From the NCBI GenBank assembly GCA_043732185.1, contig JAYTHY010000052.1:1-64000 (forward strand): 64,000 bases of DNA, written 5' to 3'. The DNA is from Fibrobacteria bacterium (GTDB lineage: Bacteria; Fibrobacterota; Fibrobacteria; UBA11236). Under the pieces are notes generated by a model. That model was not told the origin of the DNA, ran no database searches, and saw only the letters and a list, made by a program, of their open reading frames with translations. Made by a program: the position numbers and the translations under genes. Shown one piece after another: positions 18,850 to 28,459 of this stretch (positions within the stretch are counted from its first letter, which is position 1; the number at the start of each line of letters is the position of its first letter).

Positions 18850-21141
18850 GGCAATGCGCTTTGTGCCCTGGATTCCGGCTACACGAATCTTCAGGAGATA
18901 AACACCCGCGCGCATATGGGAAACATCAAGGCTAAAGGCACCGGACCCCGATTTTATAGACCAAGTACCGGCACGTTTGCCCATTAAATCGATCCATTCC
19001 AGCTCAACTTGCTGGCCAGAGACGAGTCCCGGGATCTTGACCAGTAACACATTTCCATGCCCACGCACAACTTGCCATGCATCGGGATTAGCCAACGAAC
19101 CCACTTTGGCAACCAGGCCCGTAGGGTCTCCCACCGGCACTTGGCCATCGGCATAATTGGGAATGATGTCCTTTAAATTCTGGTTGGCGATATGAGGCAC
19201 ACCTGTATCCGCATACGCTGCTGCACTTGCGGAGGGGAGCGTGTCCTTGGGCATGGACAGTAAACTGGCCCAGCGGTCGACAAAGCCATAAACCGGCCCA
19301 AGGGGCAATTCATGCTTTTCCGAATAGGGATTGTCTGAACCGGCCCATAGAATGGCTACTGCCGTATCCGAAGCTTTTCCAAATTGCGTTGGCACGGAAG
19401 TAGTTGTTGCCAGCAACTTTCCGGATCGGTCATAGGCTTCCCAGCTTAAAGTGTCATTCCAAACTTGGTCGGATTTTCCGTGAAAGGTCAGATTCCCACA
19501 AGCCATGTCAAGACCGCCCGAGCAGGCGATGCTGAAATCATAGGCCTTCTTGGTGTTACGAATGACCACATTAAGATTCAAAGTGGGCAAGCCGGGTAAA
19601 TCCCCAAATGGTGTGGGAACGGTAAGTCCACTATAGGTATGGTTGCGTTTGGCTTCCCAAAAATCAAAGCCGGCCTGGGTGAATCCGAATCCGCCCAAAG
19701 TCGCAACCGATACTTTCTCATCAGTGAAAATTTTATCCATTTCCGTATTCATATCATTTTCGTCCGTGATCTGATCGCCACCTGCTGATACAACAATCAA
19801 ATGTCGAATAACTCCCGTTTCCGGTGAATACAAAGTTTTAACTATGCGCATATTGGTTAGAAAGCGGGACTTACTTGCTACAATCCCAGCGTTCAAGGGT
19901 TGTCCCTGTATGGCTTTCAGCACTTTAATGCCTCTGGCGAAGTTTTCAATATATCCTCCTTGCACCTGTTGCAGGTACTCCGTTGCCCTGGCATAACTGG
20001 TATCATTGCGTGAAGCCGCATGAAATTGATGTTGCGCTTTGGAATCATCGTGTAAAAGTCCCACTTTAGTTCCGGCCCCACCCAGTTGTCGATACAAATC
20101 CAAGATAACGGCGGCCTGACTTTGGGCCTGATAGACATTCCCATTGGGGTAGTCTCCATAAATAGATTTATCAATCCATGTGCCGGGATTGTGCCATTTC
20201 CAAAAAACTACCACTTCCACACGCTGGTGCAGGCCACGGAGAACGTCGTCCGTTACTGACGTGTACAGATTGAGATAATGTCCAGCCATGGCACCACTGG
20301 GAAAGGACGTCTTCACCATCACTTGTCGCAAGGGATCCGTTGGATAGATTCGCGCTCCAGGATTGAATTGCCAATTGCCCCAATTACCATATGTAGTCTG
20401 CGGGCCAGCGAGTTCTTCCGGTTTCAGTAACTTTGTTCGTGGAAAAACCATTTCGGTGCGAATGTCATTGCCCAAGGCATAAATCGCTTTGGGTACGCTT
20501 CCCCCATTTTCAAAGGTGACTGTAATTTGTTGCAACGACCCCGCAGAACCCACATTGGCCAGCTGCGCGGCTGAGAAAAGCGGTATGATGGCGGCACGTA
20601 GGGCTATTTCCAAACCTTCTGCTCCTATGGTGGGAGGCAATTGATACCGAAGTCGGAGATGACGGGTATGCGCCGTTTCAGCCGGGTAAATCCGAAAGCG
20701 GTAGGCATCCTTGCCCAAGGCTTCCAGAATGAGAGGATCCAATGGACGAGCGGGAGGAGTGGAATTTCTTTCCACTAATGAATTGTAAAGACTATCCGCT
20801 TGGGTTCTATCCAGCAGTGTCCCAGCTAAAACATGCGTGCCGTCCCAAAGCAGGGCACCGGTAATCGCTGCACCGGAAGGCAGCGTAAAATTTCCCATAA
20901 TCTCCAGGGTTTTCGAATCATTTCCGGCCTGTACCGCACCCACTGGTGCCAATTCCACATCTTCCTCTACATCCAAATAGGCTGGGAAAACCTTTACCCG
21001 CAAGCTTGCGTGGACCAGATCGCAGAATCCACTATTGTATCCCTTAATGCTGGTGTGGGTGGTCTGCCAAGTAACCTGAGCATATGGAATGGACAGGCAA
21101 AGCCCTGATAGCATGAATAAAAAATATCGAAATGCATTCAT
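18844..21141 (-). CDS. Secreted VIT-domain protein with a T9SS type-A C-terminal sorting domain
   Basis: ATG 21141 with CAGGAG SD and a signal peptide. LEIMGNFTLPSGAAITGALLW...LDPLIL...FRIYP...LRLRYQ is VIT-like. C-terminus IDLMGK...LDVSHMRAGVYLLKI...KRI. Confidence 0.82.
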   Translation of the reverse strand: MNAFRYFLFMLSGLCLSIPYAQVTWQTTHTSIKGYNSGFCDLVHASLRVKVFPAYLDVEEDVELAPVGAVQAGNDSKTLEIMGNFTLPSGAAITGALLWDGTHVLAGTLLDRTQADSLYNSLVERNSTPPARPLDPLILEALGKDAYRFRIYPAETAHTRHLRLRYQLPPTIGAEGLEIALRAAIIPLFSAAQLANVGSAGSLQQITVTFENGGSVPKAIYALGNDIRTEMVFPRTKLLKPEELAGPQTTYGNWGNWQFNPGARIYPTDPLRQVMVKTSFPSGAMAGHYLNLYTSVTDDVLRGLHQRVEVVVFWKWHNPGTWIDKSIYGDYPNGNVYQAQSQAAVILDLYRQLGGAGTKVGLLHDDSKAQHQFHAASRNDTSYARATEYLQQVQGGYIENFARGIKVLKAIQGQPLNAGIVASKSRFLTNMRIVKTLYSPETGVIRHLIVVSAGGDQITDENDMNTEMDKIFTDEKVSVATLGGFGFTQAGFDFWEAKRNHTYSGLTVPTPFGDLPGLPTLNLNVVIRNTKKAYDFSIACSGGLDMACGNLTFHGKSDQVWNDTLSWEAYDRSGKLLATTTSVPTQFGKASDTAVAILWAGSDNPYSEKHELPLGPVYGFVDRWASLLSMPKDTLPSASAAAYADTGVPHIANQNLKDIIPNYADGQVPVGDPTGLVAKVGSLANPDAWQVVRGHGNVLLVKIPGLVSGQQVELEWIDLMGKRAGTWSIKSGSGAFSLDVSHMRAGVYLLKIRVAGIQGTKRIAL

Positions 21142-21417
21142 AATTTGCTCCTGTAGCGGATGTAACCTAAAAGTATCCTGAGTTCGACAAAATAGTTCCT
21201 TATTGTTCTGAGCAAAACCCATACCGAACTATTGCTCTGGCGAAGCCATGGAAATTGTCTCGTTTTGACGTTTGAGTCCGCATCAAATGAAACCTTATCT
21301 TGAAATTGACCAGCAGATTTTGATCCGCGTGCTTCCATTAGCAAAATCACGCAACTTTTATGATTCCAATAAATTGGTCTATATTCAGGCCTAGCCGGAG
21401 ATATCAAACCGCCTGAT

Positions 21418-24384
21418 GTGCGATTCAGGTCCTACACGTTCCTTGGAGCCAAAGTGAAATTCAAATCAAAACTGCTTTTCCAAAGTTTACTCCGGTTTGG
21501 ATTATTTTCATTGCTTGCCCTTTTATTTCTGGGAACACCCACCGCCATTCATGCGGGTAGAGTGGAACGGGCTGCTTTCCAAACGGAACATTTTGAGTAT
21601 TTAATCGATACCTCCAAAACAGAAATTATCCCATACTTGACAGCACAATTTGAAAGGTCCTATCAAAAACTGACCGCGTACTTTGGTTACCAACCGGACA
21701 AGCGCATTCACGTACTCTTTCTGGACGAAGATGATTTCAGCAATGGATATGCATTTAGCGCCCAGGGCTGGGTAGTGATTTTTCTTCCCCAAATTGATTT
21801 TGATTTGCGCGGAAAAACGGCCTGGCTTCCCAATGTTATTTCTCATGAATTGACGCATGTGATTACACTCAGGAAAATGGGTGAAACCTCCCGCTTCCTG
21901 GGGTTTCAGCTGCTGGCAAATTTGGTAATGTCCAAAAGCAGCCACGTTGATTTGAGCGCTGCTTTTCAATGGTACAACACGCCAGCCTGGTTTGCGGAAG
22001 GCTTGGCACAATTTGGCTCGCAAGTATGCGGCCGGGATACCACTGACACCTTTCGACAGATGATTTTGGAAACCGCACATGCATCTAACCATCTATTGCC
22101 GCTGCCCGCCATGGTAACATTTGGTTGGGATGGCCGCAAAAATGAAATGATTTATACGCAGGGTTATTTTTTAACTCATTTTCTATTTAACAAATATGGT
22201 CGTGACAAAATGAACATGGTACTTGAAGCTTCAGGCCGAGGCGGATTGGAAGCAGCATTTCAAAAGATTCTGCTTAAAAGCTCGAATGACATTTACAGCG
22301 ATTGGATCCGGCATCTGGATTCCACTTTGTTGACCAGAGCACCGGTAAGTGGTCCATCGAACCTTGTGCCCGTTTCAAAAAATGTCGCTTACATCAACCA
22401 AACCTCCCCACTACGCTCCGCGGACAGTACTTTGGCGTATTTGTCCTCACAAGGAAATGACTTTGGAATCACTGATCTGTATATTCGCCACAATAGAACC
22501 AGTGAATTGGTAAAACTGACTGTGGACGGGCCTCTCAATCTTACCCTAGACGGTAAAAAATTGTTATTCACCAGCCGAATGATGTCCTGGAAAACGGCCC
22601 GTTTAACCCGCGACCTGTATCAATACGATTTCACCCATCATGAAATAATGCGGCTTACGTGGAATGGCAGAATTACCGCAGCAGCAATGGATGAAAAGGG
22701 AACCATCTACACACTTTCTGAACACGGTGGAAAAACGCGGTTCAGCCGTTTAGAAAAAAACCAATTGGTCGCCATTGCTGATTTTCCTGTACAAGTCAAC
22801 GTTTCGAATTTGACACAGGGAGGACAACCAGGAGAAATGTTGGTCGAAACTTCTACGGGCCGTGGCTCGGATCTCTATTCCATCCATCTTAACGACGGCC
22901 ACCTTACCCCAGTACTGGCAACCCAGGCAGATGAAAGAGATCCGCGCTGGAATCCGGAGCAGGGTCGCCTCTGGTTTTCAGCTAACTATACTGGAACCTA
23001 CCAAATTTATTCTCTGCAAAAAGACACTTTGCTGGAATGGACGCATGATGGAAAACAGCATTTAAAACCTTTCCAGTCTGGCGGTGTGCTGTATAACAGC
23101 ACGTACTCGGCGGCAGGATTCTTATTAGACTCCATGGACATGAATGGTTTAAAGCCACGCATTTTTTCACCGGATTCCCTATTGCCAAATGTTCCATTTT
23201 CCAACTCCCCGCCACCGGTTATCACAGCAAAAAAATGGGGCGACGATGGAATGAAATATTTGGGTTACTCCGCCTTCGCACAACTTTCCCGCGCGCGAAA
23301 ACAAAGAAATGTGTTTGAAACCACCGATTCCACTTCACCGCTTTACCGATTAGACGATGCCGGCGGTTATTTCAAATGGACTGGGGGTGGGGCCGGTATT
23401 TGGATGCATCCCGGCCAGGAATCTCAAGTCTATCTGGAAGCTGGCGTCTCCGATGAAATGGACAATGCGTTTTCTGGAGGGCCATATCTCTCGCAATTTT
23501 TAGCCACCTACTCGAATGCCTCCCTTGGGCCTATGATAAATGGTTCCTTTGAAACCGCCACCACCCGGCTCCTTACAACCACGCACAACTCGACTCTGGA
23601 TTCAAGTTTGGTGTACGGCGTGTCCACGGAATCGCTGGCTTTCACTTTGATGCGGTTTACTTTATACCTAGACTGGCAGCTTGGCAACTACCTTTCAATG
23701 GCCACTTTCGGAAATTATTCCGGGGTTTCTTTAAAGGGCAGCAAGAGTTTATTAACCAATTTTGCTGGTGGAGGGTCTTTTTTTGGGGAACAAATTCAAG
23801 CCGTCGTGTATCAGCCAGGCGTCAACTTTCCCAACCAACTGCTCTTTTTTCAATCCGGTATTGGTTATCAACCAGAATATGCTGCAAATGGAACCACAGC
23901 CAACTGGAATCTTCTGACCATGGCTACCAACACCTATCGCTTTATTTTTTATCGCCTTTCACTATCGGAAATTTCCATATGGAATACCCATTTCAATTCG
24001 ATTTTTACTGCCGATGGCTCTTTTTCTTTTGATATCCCGGCGTCACTAAAAATTCCTTTTCCCAATTCCAGAACGCTTCTATTAACCGACCTCTTACCCT
24101 CGGTGGGGCTCAATTATTTTTCAGCAACCAATTCCACCTCCCATGGGTCGGGCATGATTTCAAAAGTACCGAACCTTCAAAATCAACCTTGGGACAGATC
24201 TGCATGGTCTATGCAGTCCAGCTCCTCAAGTCCATGGTCGGATAGCCAAATCGACATGCTATTCTCCCTAACTCTAAAAATGGTATCCCCGCTAAAAAAC
24301 CTAGCCTACTGGAATTTTTACTATGCTTTGCCAATCCAAGGACTCACCGGAGATCCCTATTTTGGATTGAGTCTCAGCCTTTGA
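21418..24384 (+). CDS. Secreted gluzincin-type metallopeptidase domain + TolB/PD40-like beta-propeller + probable C-terminal beta-barrel
   Basis: QTEHF, SHELTHV (HExxH), PAWFAEGLA, ERDPRWNP; amphipathic beta-strands at the C-terminus. Alternative GTG start at 21454. Confidence 0.8.
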   Translation: MRFRSYTFLGAKVKFKSKLLFQSLLRFGLFSLLALLFLGTPTAIHAGRVERAAFQTEHFEYLIDTSKTEIIPYLTAQFERSYQKLTAYFGYQPDKRIHVLFLDEDDFSNGYAFSAQGWVVIFLPQIDFDLRGKTAWLPNVISHELTHVITLRKMGETSRFLGFQLLANLVMSKSSHVDLSAAFQWYNTPAWFAEGLAQFGSQVCGRDTTDTFRQMILETAHASNHLLPLPAMVTFGWDGRKNEMIYTQGYFLTHFLFNKYGRDKMNMVLEASGRGGLEAAFQKILLKSSNDIYSDWIRHLDSTLLTRAPVSGPSNLVPVSKNVAYINQTSPLRSADSTLAYLSSQGNDFGITDLYIRHNRTSELVKLTVDGPLNLTLDGKKLLFTSRMMSWKTARLTRDLYQYDFTHHEIMRLTWNGRITAAAMDEKGTIYTLSEHGGKTRFSRLEKNQLVAIADFPVQVNVSNLTQGGQPGEMLVETSTGRGSDLYSIHLNDGHLTPVLATQADERDPRWNPEQGRLWFSANYTGTYQIYSLQKDTLLEWTHDGKQHLKPFQSGGVLYNSTYSAAGFLLDSMDMNGLKPRIFSPDSLLPNVPFSNSPPPVITAKKWGDDGMKYLGYSAFAQLSRARKQRNVFETTDSTSPLYRLDDAGGYFKWTGGGAGIWMHPGQESQVYLEAGVSDEMDNAFSGGPYLSQFLATYSNASLGPMINGSFETATTRLLTTTHNSTLDSSLVYGVSTESLAFTLMRFTLYLDWQLGNYLSMATFGNYSGVSLKGSKSLLTNFAGGGSFFGEQIQAVVYQPGVNFPNQLLFFQSGIGYQPEYAANGTTANWNLLTMATNTYRFIFYRLSLSEISIWNTHFNSIFTADGSFSFDIPASLKIPFPNSRTLLLTDLLPSVGLNYFSATNSTSHGSGMISKVPNLQNQPWDRSAWSMQSSSSSPWSDSQIDMLFSLTLKMVSPLKNLAYWNFYYALPIQGLTGDPYFGLSLSL

Positions 24385-24422
24385 ATCGGTTTCATTTTTT
24401 GCATTTCAGAATAGGAGCGGCC

Positions 24423-25841
24423 ATGTTAAAACTATTGATACTCAGCTTACTTTTCCCAATTTTAACTTTCAGTAAAATAAAGGACCAATTGGAGCTGTTG
24501 CTCGATATGCAGGCCGGAGATTCTGTACTTGCCATTTCCCAGTTGGGACCGGATAAAATTTCCGTTGTCCTTTTCAATTCCGTTAAATCGGAAAAGCGCA
24601 CCTTAGAAAGCACCGTAACACCAATTACAATGGGAAAACTCAAGGCGACGGCGGAATCCGAGACGATACCGTGGACGGTAATTGACATTCAGCCTGAACC
24701 AGCATCCGCAACTACACTGGGTAACCAAAATGAAAAAAAGCCGCTTTCTGGAGGTTTAGTTTCAGCTTCAGACAATGAAGAAAAAATATCCAAATCCGCA
24801 CTCAGAAAAAACAAACTCCAATACGTGTCCACGCAAACCGTATTCTCAACCTATACCTATGGAATTGCCTTACCCATCGCCCTAAACAACCCGGAAAAAG
24901 CTGGGGCATTAGCACTTTTGGCGCTCCCCATTTCTTTTGGATCCCATTATTACTTTGCCTGGGAAAAGGATTATTATGACTCCCACCTTTTGGCAACCAG
25001 CTATTTTGCAACCAATGCACTCATTTTTTCCTATGCGCTGCCGTTTATGGTTTTGGGACCGGATTTCAATGCATTTCGCGTCGGAAATTTTGCCGTATTG
25101 GCGGCCTACCCACTTGGTTTATATTATGGCTACAAGCATGGGACGCGTTTCCAAGACGAACCGGGCAGAGTCTCGTTGCAATCTTCCTTTGCCGCCAGTA
25201 TGGGCTTTATGGGCTTTGCCGCCACCTTCCTTTGGGCAGACTTTGTAAAATCAGGCGAAATCGGTGTGCGATTAATGGTGGCACAAACCCTGGCAGCGGG
25301 CGTTGCGGGCCATTACCTCTCCTACAACTACCGAACCCAAGAAAGGGTACCCGGTGGCATAGGGCCTGGAATTGGGACCTTTTCCTTACTCGGCGGCCTA
25401 GTCTCCGCGTCCCTCCTCACTTCCATTGAACCAGATTCTCCGGAGGCAGTTAGTGCCATTCTATTGGGAGGAGTCGGGGCAGGATTTCTTGGTGGACAAA
25501 AATACTTTTTCGATAAATATGATTCCTTTGAAAGATCGGCCTATAATTCACTGGGACTTATAGCTGGAGCGGTCACGCCTCTAGGTGTTATGCTTCTGGC
25601 TGATGCAAATCCAAATAGCGCATCGGTGTGGATGTGGACGGCTACGGGTGGTGCCTTAGCGGGATATTTCCTTACCCGGTACTTTACAAGTTCACTAGTA
25701 GAAAGCCCACATTCGCTAACCTCGGCAAATGGATTTTTCAAAAGCATTGCCTTCAACCCATGCCCTGTGCCTGTTCCTGAATATCTGAACGGCAAGCACT
25801 CCATCAAATTTGTAGCACCAATTTTTTCGGCAACTTTTTAA
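24423..25841 (+). CDS. Hypothetical Gly/Ala-rich multi-TM membrane protein with signal peptide
   Basis: ATG 24423 with AGGAG SD (track start 24381); about 10 Gly-rich hydrophobic helices; ends in F. Confidence 0.75.
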   Translation: MLKLLILSLLFPILTFSKIKDQLELLLDMQAGDSVLAISQLGPDKISVVLFNSVKSEKRTLESTVTPITMGKLKATAESETIPWTVIDIQPEPASATTLGNQNEKKPLSGGLVSASDNEEKISKSALRKNKLQYVSTQTVFSTYTYGIALPIALNNPEKAGALALLALPISFGSHYYFAWEKDYYDSHLLATSYFATNALIFSYALPFMVLGPDFNAFRVGNFAVLAAYPLGLYYGYKHGTRFQDEPGRVSLQSSFAASMGFMGFAATFLWADFVKSGEIGVRLMVAQTLAAGVAGHYLSYNYRTQERVPGGIGPGIGTFSLLGGLVSASLLTSIEPDSPEAVSAILLGGVGAGFLGGQKYFFDKYDSFERSAYNSLGLIAGAVTPLGVMLLADANPNSASVWMWTATGGALAGYFLTRYFTSSLVESPHSLTSANGFFKSIAFNPCPVPVPEYLNGKHSIKFVAPIFSATF

Positions 25842-25860
25842 ATCTAAGGGCAGATGAAAC

Positions 25861-25885
25861 ATCCCGTTGGGACTTAAAACGGGAT
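25861..25885. terminator. Possible bidirectional hairpin between convergent genes
   Basis: ATCCCGTT-N9-AACGGGAT perfect 8-bp inverted repeat; U-tails are weak. Confidence 0.35.
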
Positions 25886-25887
25886 TC

Positions 25888-26895
25888 TTAATCTAATAGA
25901 TGGCCATGCATAATGAGGTGATCGACCTTGAATTGCTTGACCAGAATAGCGACTCGCATCCACATGCCATTGCGTTCCTGTCGCCAGTATTTAGCCCTGG
26001 GGTCTGCATCCACATCGGGGTGAATCTCATCGCGGCGCGGTAACGGGTGCATGATCACAGCATGGGGTTTCATTTGCGGTAGATGCTCGGTGCCGAGCTT
26101 AAAGGCGCTGATATCCACCGCCTTGGACTCTCCCTTTTTGTCATGCTCGTCTTGGATGCGGGTAATATAAATGGCGTCCAGGTCTGGAAGCACGGAACGC
26201 AAATCTTTGCTTTCCTTAAACTGGACATTGTGATGTTGAAGATGCTTCTTGATGTCCTCTTCCATTTTGAAATCATCGGGAGCGATAAAAACCAGTTTCA
26301 CATTCCGGTAATTCTTCATGAGGTAACACAGGGACCGCACCGTGCGGCCGCGCTTGAGATCTCCCATCATGCCCAGGGTTTTCCCATCGATACCCCCCAT
26401 ATCCTTAAAGCTGCGTTCTAGGGTATAGATATCCAATAAGGCCTGCGTGGGGTGCTGGTCGCGGCCACTTCCCGCATTGATAATGGGAACACGACGCTGG
26501 ATATGGTCAAATAATTCCGAAGCCGCTTCCGCCAAACCTTCTTCCTTGGTGCGCATGATAACCACATCGACATAAGATGAAAAAGTTCTCAAGCTGTCCA
26601 GAAGGCTTTCACCTTTAACCTCGGAAGAGGTGGACGCATCGCGGATTTCACTGGTTTGAATACCCAGGATTTGACACGCATTATTGAAGGAAAGAAAAGT
26701 TCGCGTGGACGGCTGGGTGAAATATAACATGGCCCGTTTATGCGCCAAGAGGCCGCGCAAATAATGCAGCCCTTCCTTGGTTTTCGCGAACTTGCGGATG
26801 GCGGTAGTCAGTTCACAGAGCTCGTCCAAAGTACTGCGGTCAAACTGCTGGGTTCTGAGGATGTGAAAGAATTCGGGTTTGGGCTGTCGTTCCAT
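25888..26895 (-). CDS. pyrB: Aspartate carbamoyltransferase catalytic subunit
   Basis: FTQPSTRT, INAGSG..QHPTQALLD, GDLKRGRTVRS, RIQDE, MHPLPR. Confidence 0.97.
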   Translation of the reverse strand: MERQPKPEFFHILRTQQFDRSTLDELCELTTAIRKFAKTKEGLHYLRGLLAHKRAMLYFTQPSTRTFLSFNNACQILGIQTSEIRDASTSSEVKGESLLDSLRTFSSYVDVVIMRTKEEGLAEAASELFDHIQRRVPIINAGSGRDQHPTQALLDIYTLERSFKDMGGIDGKTLGMMGDLKRGRTVRSLCYLMKNYRNVKLVFIAPDDFKMEEDIKKHLQHHNVQFKESKDLRSVLPDLDAIYITRIQDEHDKKGESKAVDISAFKLGTEHLPQMKPHAVIMHPLPRRDEIHPDVDADPRAKYWRQERNGMWMRVAILVKQFKVDHLIMHGHLLD

Positions 26896-26953
26896 AAATC
26901 TCCAAAAAAGCCGGTCGAGGTACTAAAGTCGGCCATATGGAAAATGTAATTAA

Positions 26954-28459
26954 TCAGGAGCCCAAATTTATCTTGGAAAAACCTTTGCCGTCGAAGGTGA
27001 CTTGAATGCGGGTTTCGGAGTTGCCTTCTACCTCTACCGTCTCAAGGTGCACGGGCCTGTCCCAAAGGGTGTAGACCTGACGTAGGGTCTGGCGGGCGTA
27101 TTCCTCTTCCAATGTCAAACCGTCATAATAATGGCGCAAATAGAGTTCACGCTTGCCCCCAAAGTCACCGTCCTCGACCTTGATAAGCGGAATACCTGAG
27201 TGGGCAAAAGAGCGCACCACCAAGTCTTTGATAACATGCCAATTTGTCTCTTCAACCGTTAATTCCTCAATATTGCCCTGTTGCTTGCTACCATAGATGT
27301 AGAGCTCGGCACCTTCTACAACTTCCTTGTTCAGAAACTCGTCCAGAAAAAACCAATCCATATGGGTACGACGGACAGAAAATATTTTCTCCAGGCCCTG
27401 ACCGGTTTTGAGGTCGAGATCCCATTTGTCCGGTGACTCGCTGCGTTCCCATTCAGGCCCAAACTGACCGGCATTGTAACGCTTTTCGATATTGTTAAAC
27501 GCTTTAACACCCAATAAATATGGATTCATTCCCGTGGGGTTACTGGCCAGCACCCGGGCATTGTACAAATTGTAAAAGCCATGCTCTTCGGGTGTTAAAA
27601 ACCCATCCTGGAATAGACGGGACATGATACGCATATGCCAGAAGGATGCCCAACCTTCATTCATTATTTTGGTTTTGCGCTGGGGCATGAAATATTTCGA
27701 CTGCTCCCGAATGACATTCAATATGTCTAGTTCCCACTCCTCGTATCCACGGGGGGAATGTCGCATGATAAAACCCATTAAATCGATATCCGGTTCAGCC
27801 GGGAGCTTTTTTTTCAAAACACGTGCGTCATGGCGTTTCTCTTCAAAGGTCTTTTTCGAGCCCGCACCCTCATAATCGAATAGATCCGCAAACGGCGCTT
27901 GCTGAAGCGAGGTCCTGATTTTTGAATCCGGTAATTCTGAATCAGTGAATTTTTCATACAAGTCAGAATCGATATGCATTTGTATGGCCTGCGCGGCATC
28001 AATCAGGCGCTCCACTTCGGCCACGCCATACATTTCTTCATACTTTCTGAATCGACCCGCCGATTCACTAGCCGAAGTGAGCATATCCCGTCGGGTTGCG
28101 CCGAAATAAATATTGTTTTTCATGAAATCGTTGTGCCCGTATACATGCGCCATGACGAGCACTTGGATTGGATAAGGGTTGGTGCGCATTAAAAAAGCCC
28201 GTGAAGGGTTAGAATTCAAAACTACCTCATAGGGAATTCCGCCGCTATATTCGTATTGAGTACGTTGCTTTTCGAAATCACGCCCAAAGGACCAGTGAGA
28301 ATAGTTTACCGGTAGGTTATAAGACATGATCTCGAGCATTTTTTGGGCAGGTATGACATCAAATTCTTGGGGAAAACAATCCAATCCAAATTCCGCCACA
28401 ATTTTTTGAATATGATTGTCGGCTTTCACCAAGCGGTGCATGTCGTTGTGGCCGCTCAA
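26954..28459 (-). CDS. spoVR: SpoVR/YcgB family protein
   Basis: PVNYSHWSFG, AHVYGHNDF, PQRKTKIMNEGWASFWH, NPYLLG. Confidence 0.95.
   Translation of the reverse strand: MSGHNDMHRLVKADNHIQKIVAEFGLDCFPQEFDVIPAQKMLEIMSYNLPVNYSHWSFGRDFEKQRTQYEYSGGIPYEVVLNSNPSRAFLMRTNPYPIQVLVMAHVYGHNDFMKNNIYFGATRRDMLTSASESAGRFRKYEEMYGVAEVERLIDAAQAIQMHIDSDLYEKFTDSELPDSKIRTSLQQAPFADLFDYEGAGSKKTFEEKRHDARVLKKKLPAEPDIDLMGFIMRHSPRGYEEWELDILNVIREQSKYFMPQRKTKIMNEGWASFWHMRIMSRLFQDGFLTPEEHGFYNLYNARVLASNPTGMNPYLLGVKAFNNIEKRYNAGQFGPEWERSESPDKWDLDLKTGQGLEKIFSVRRTHMDWFFLDEFLNKEVVEGAELYIYGSKQQGNIEELTVEETNWHVIKDLVVRSFAHSGIPLIKVEDGDFGGKRELYLRHYYDGLTLEEEYARQTLRQVYTLWDRPVHLETVEVEGNSETRIQVTFDGKGFSKINLGS

Noticed and set aside
26896..26953. 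pyrB attenuator (GCCG...CGGC followed by T6 before the SD)
   Set aside because: Only about a 4-bp stem with a long loop; no leader peptide or PyrR motif is evident.
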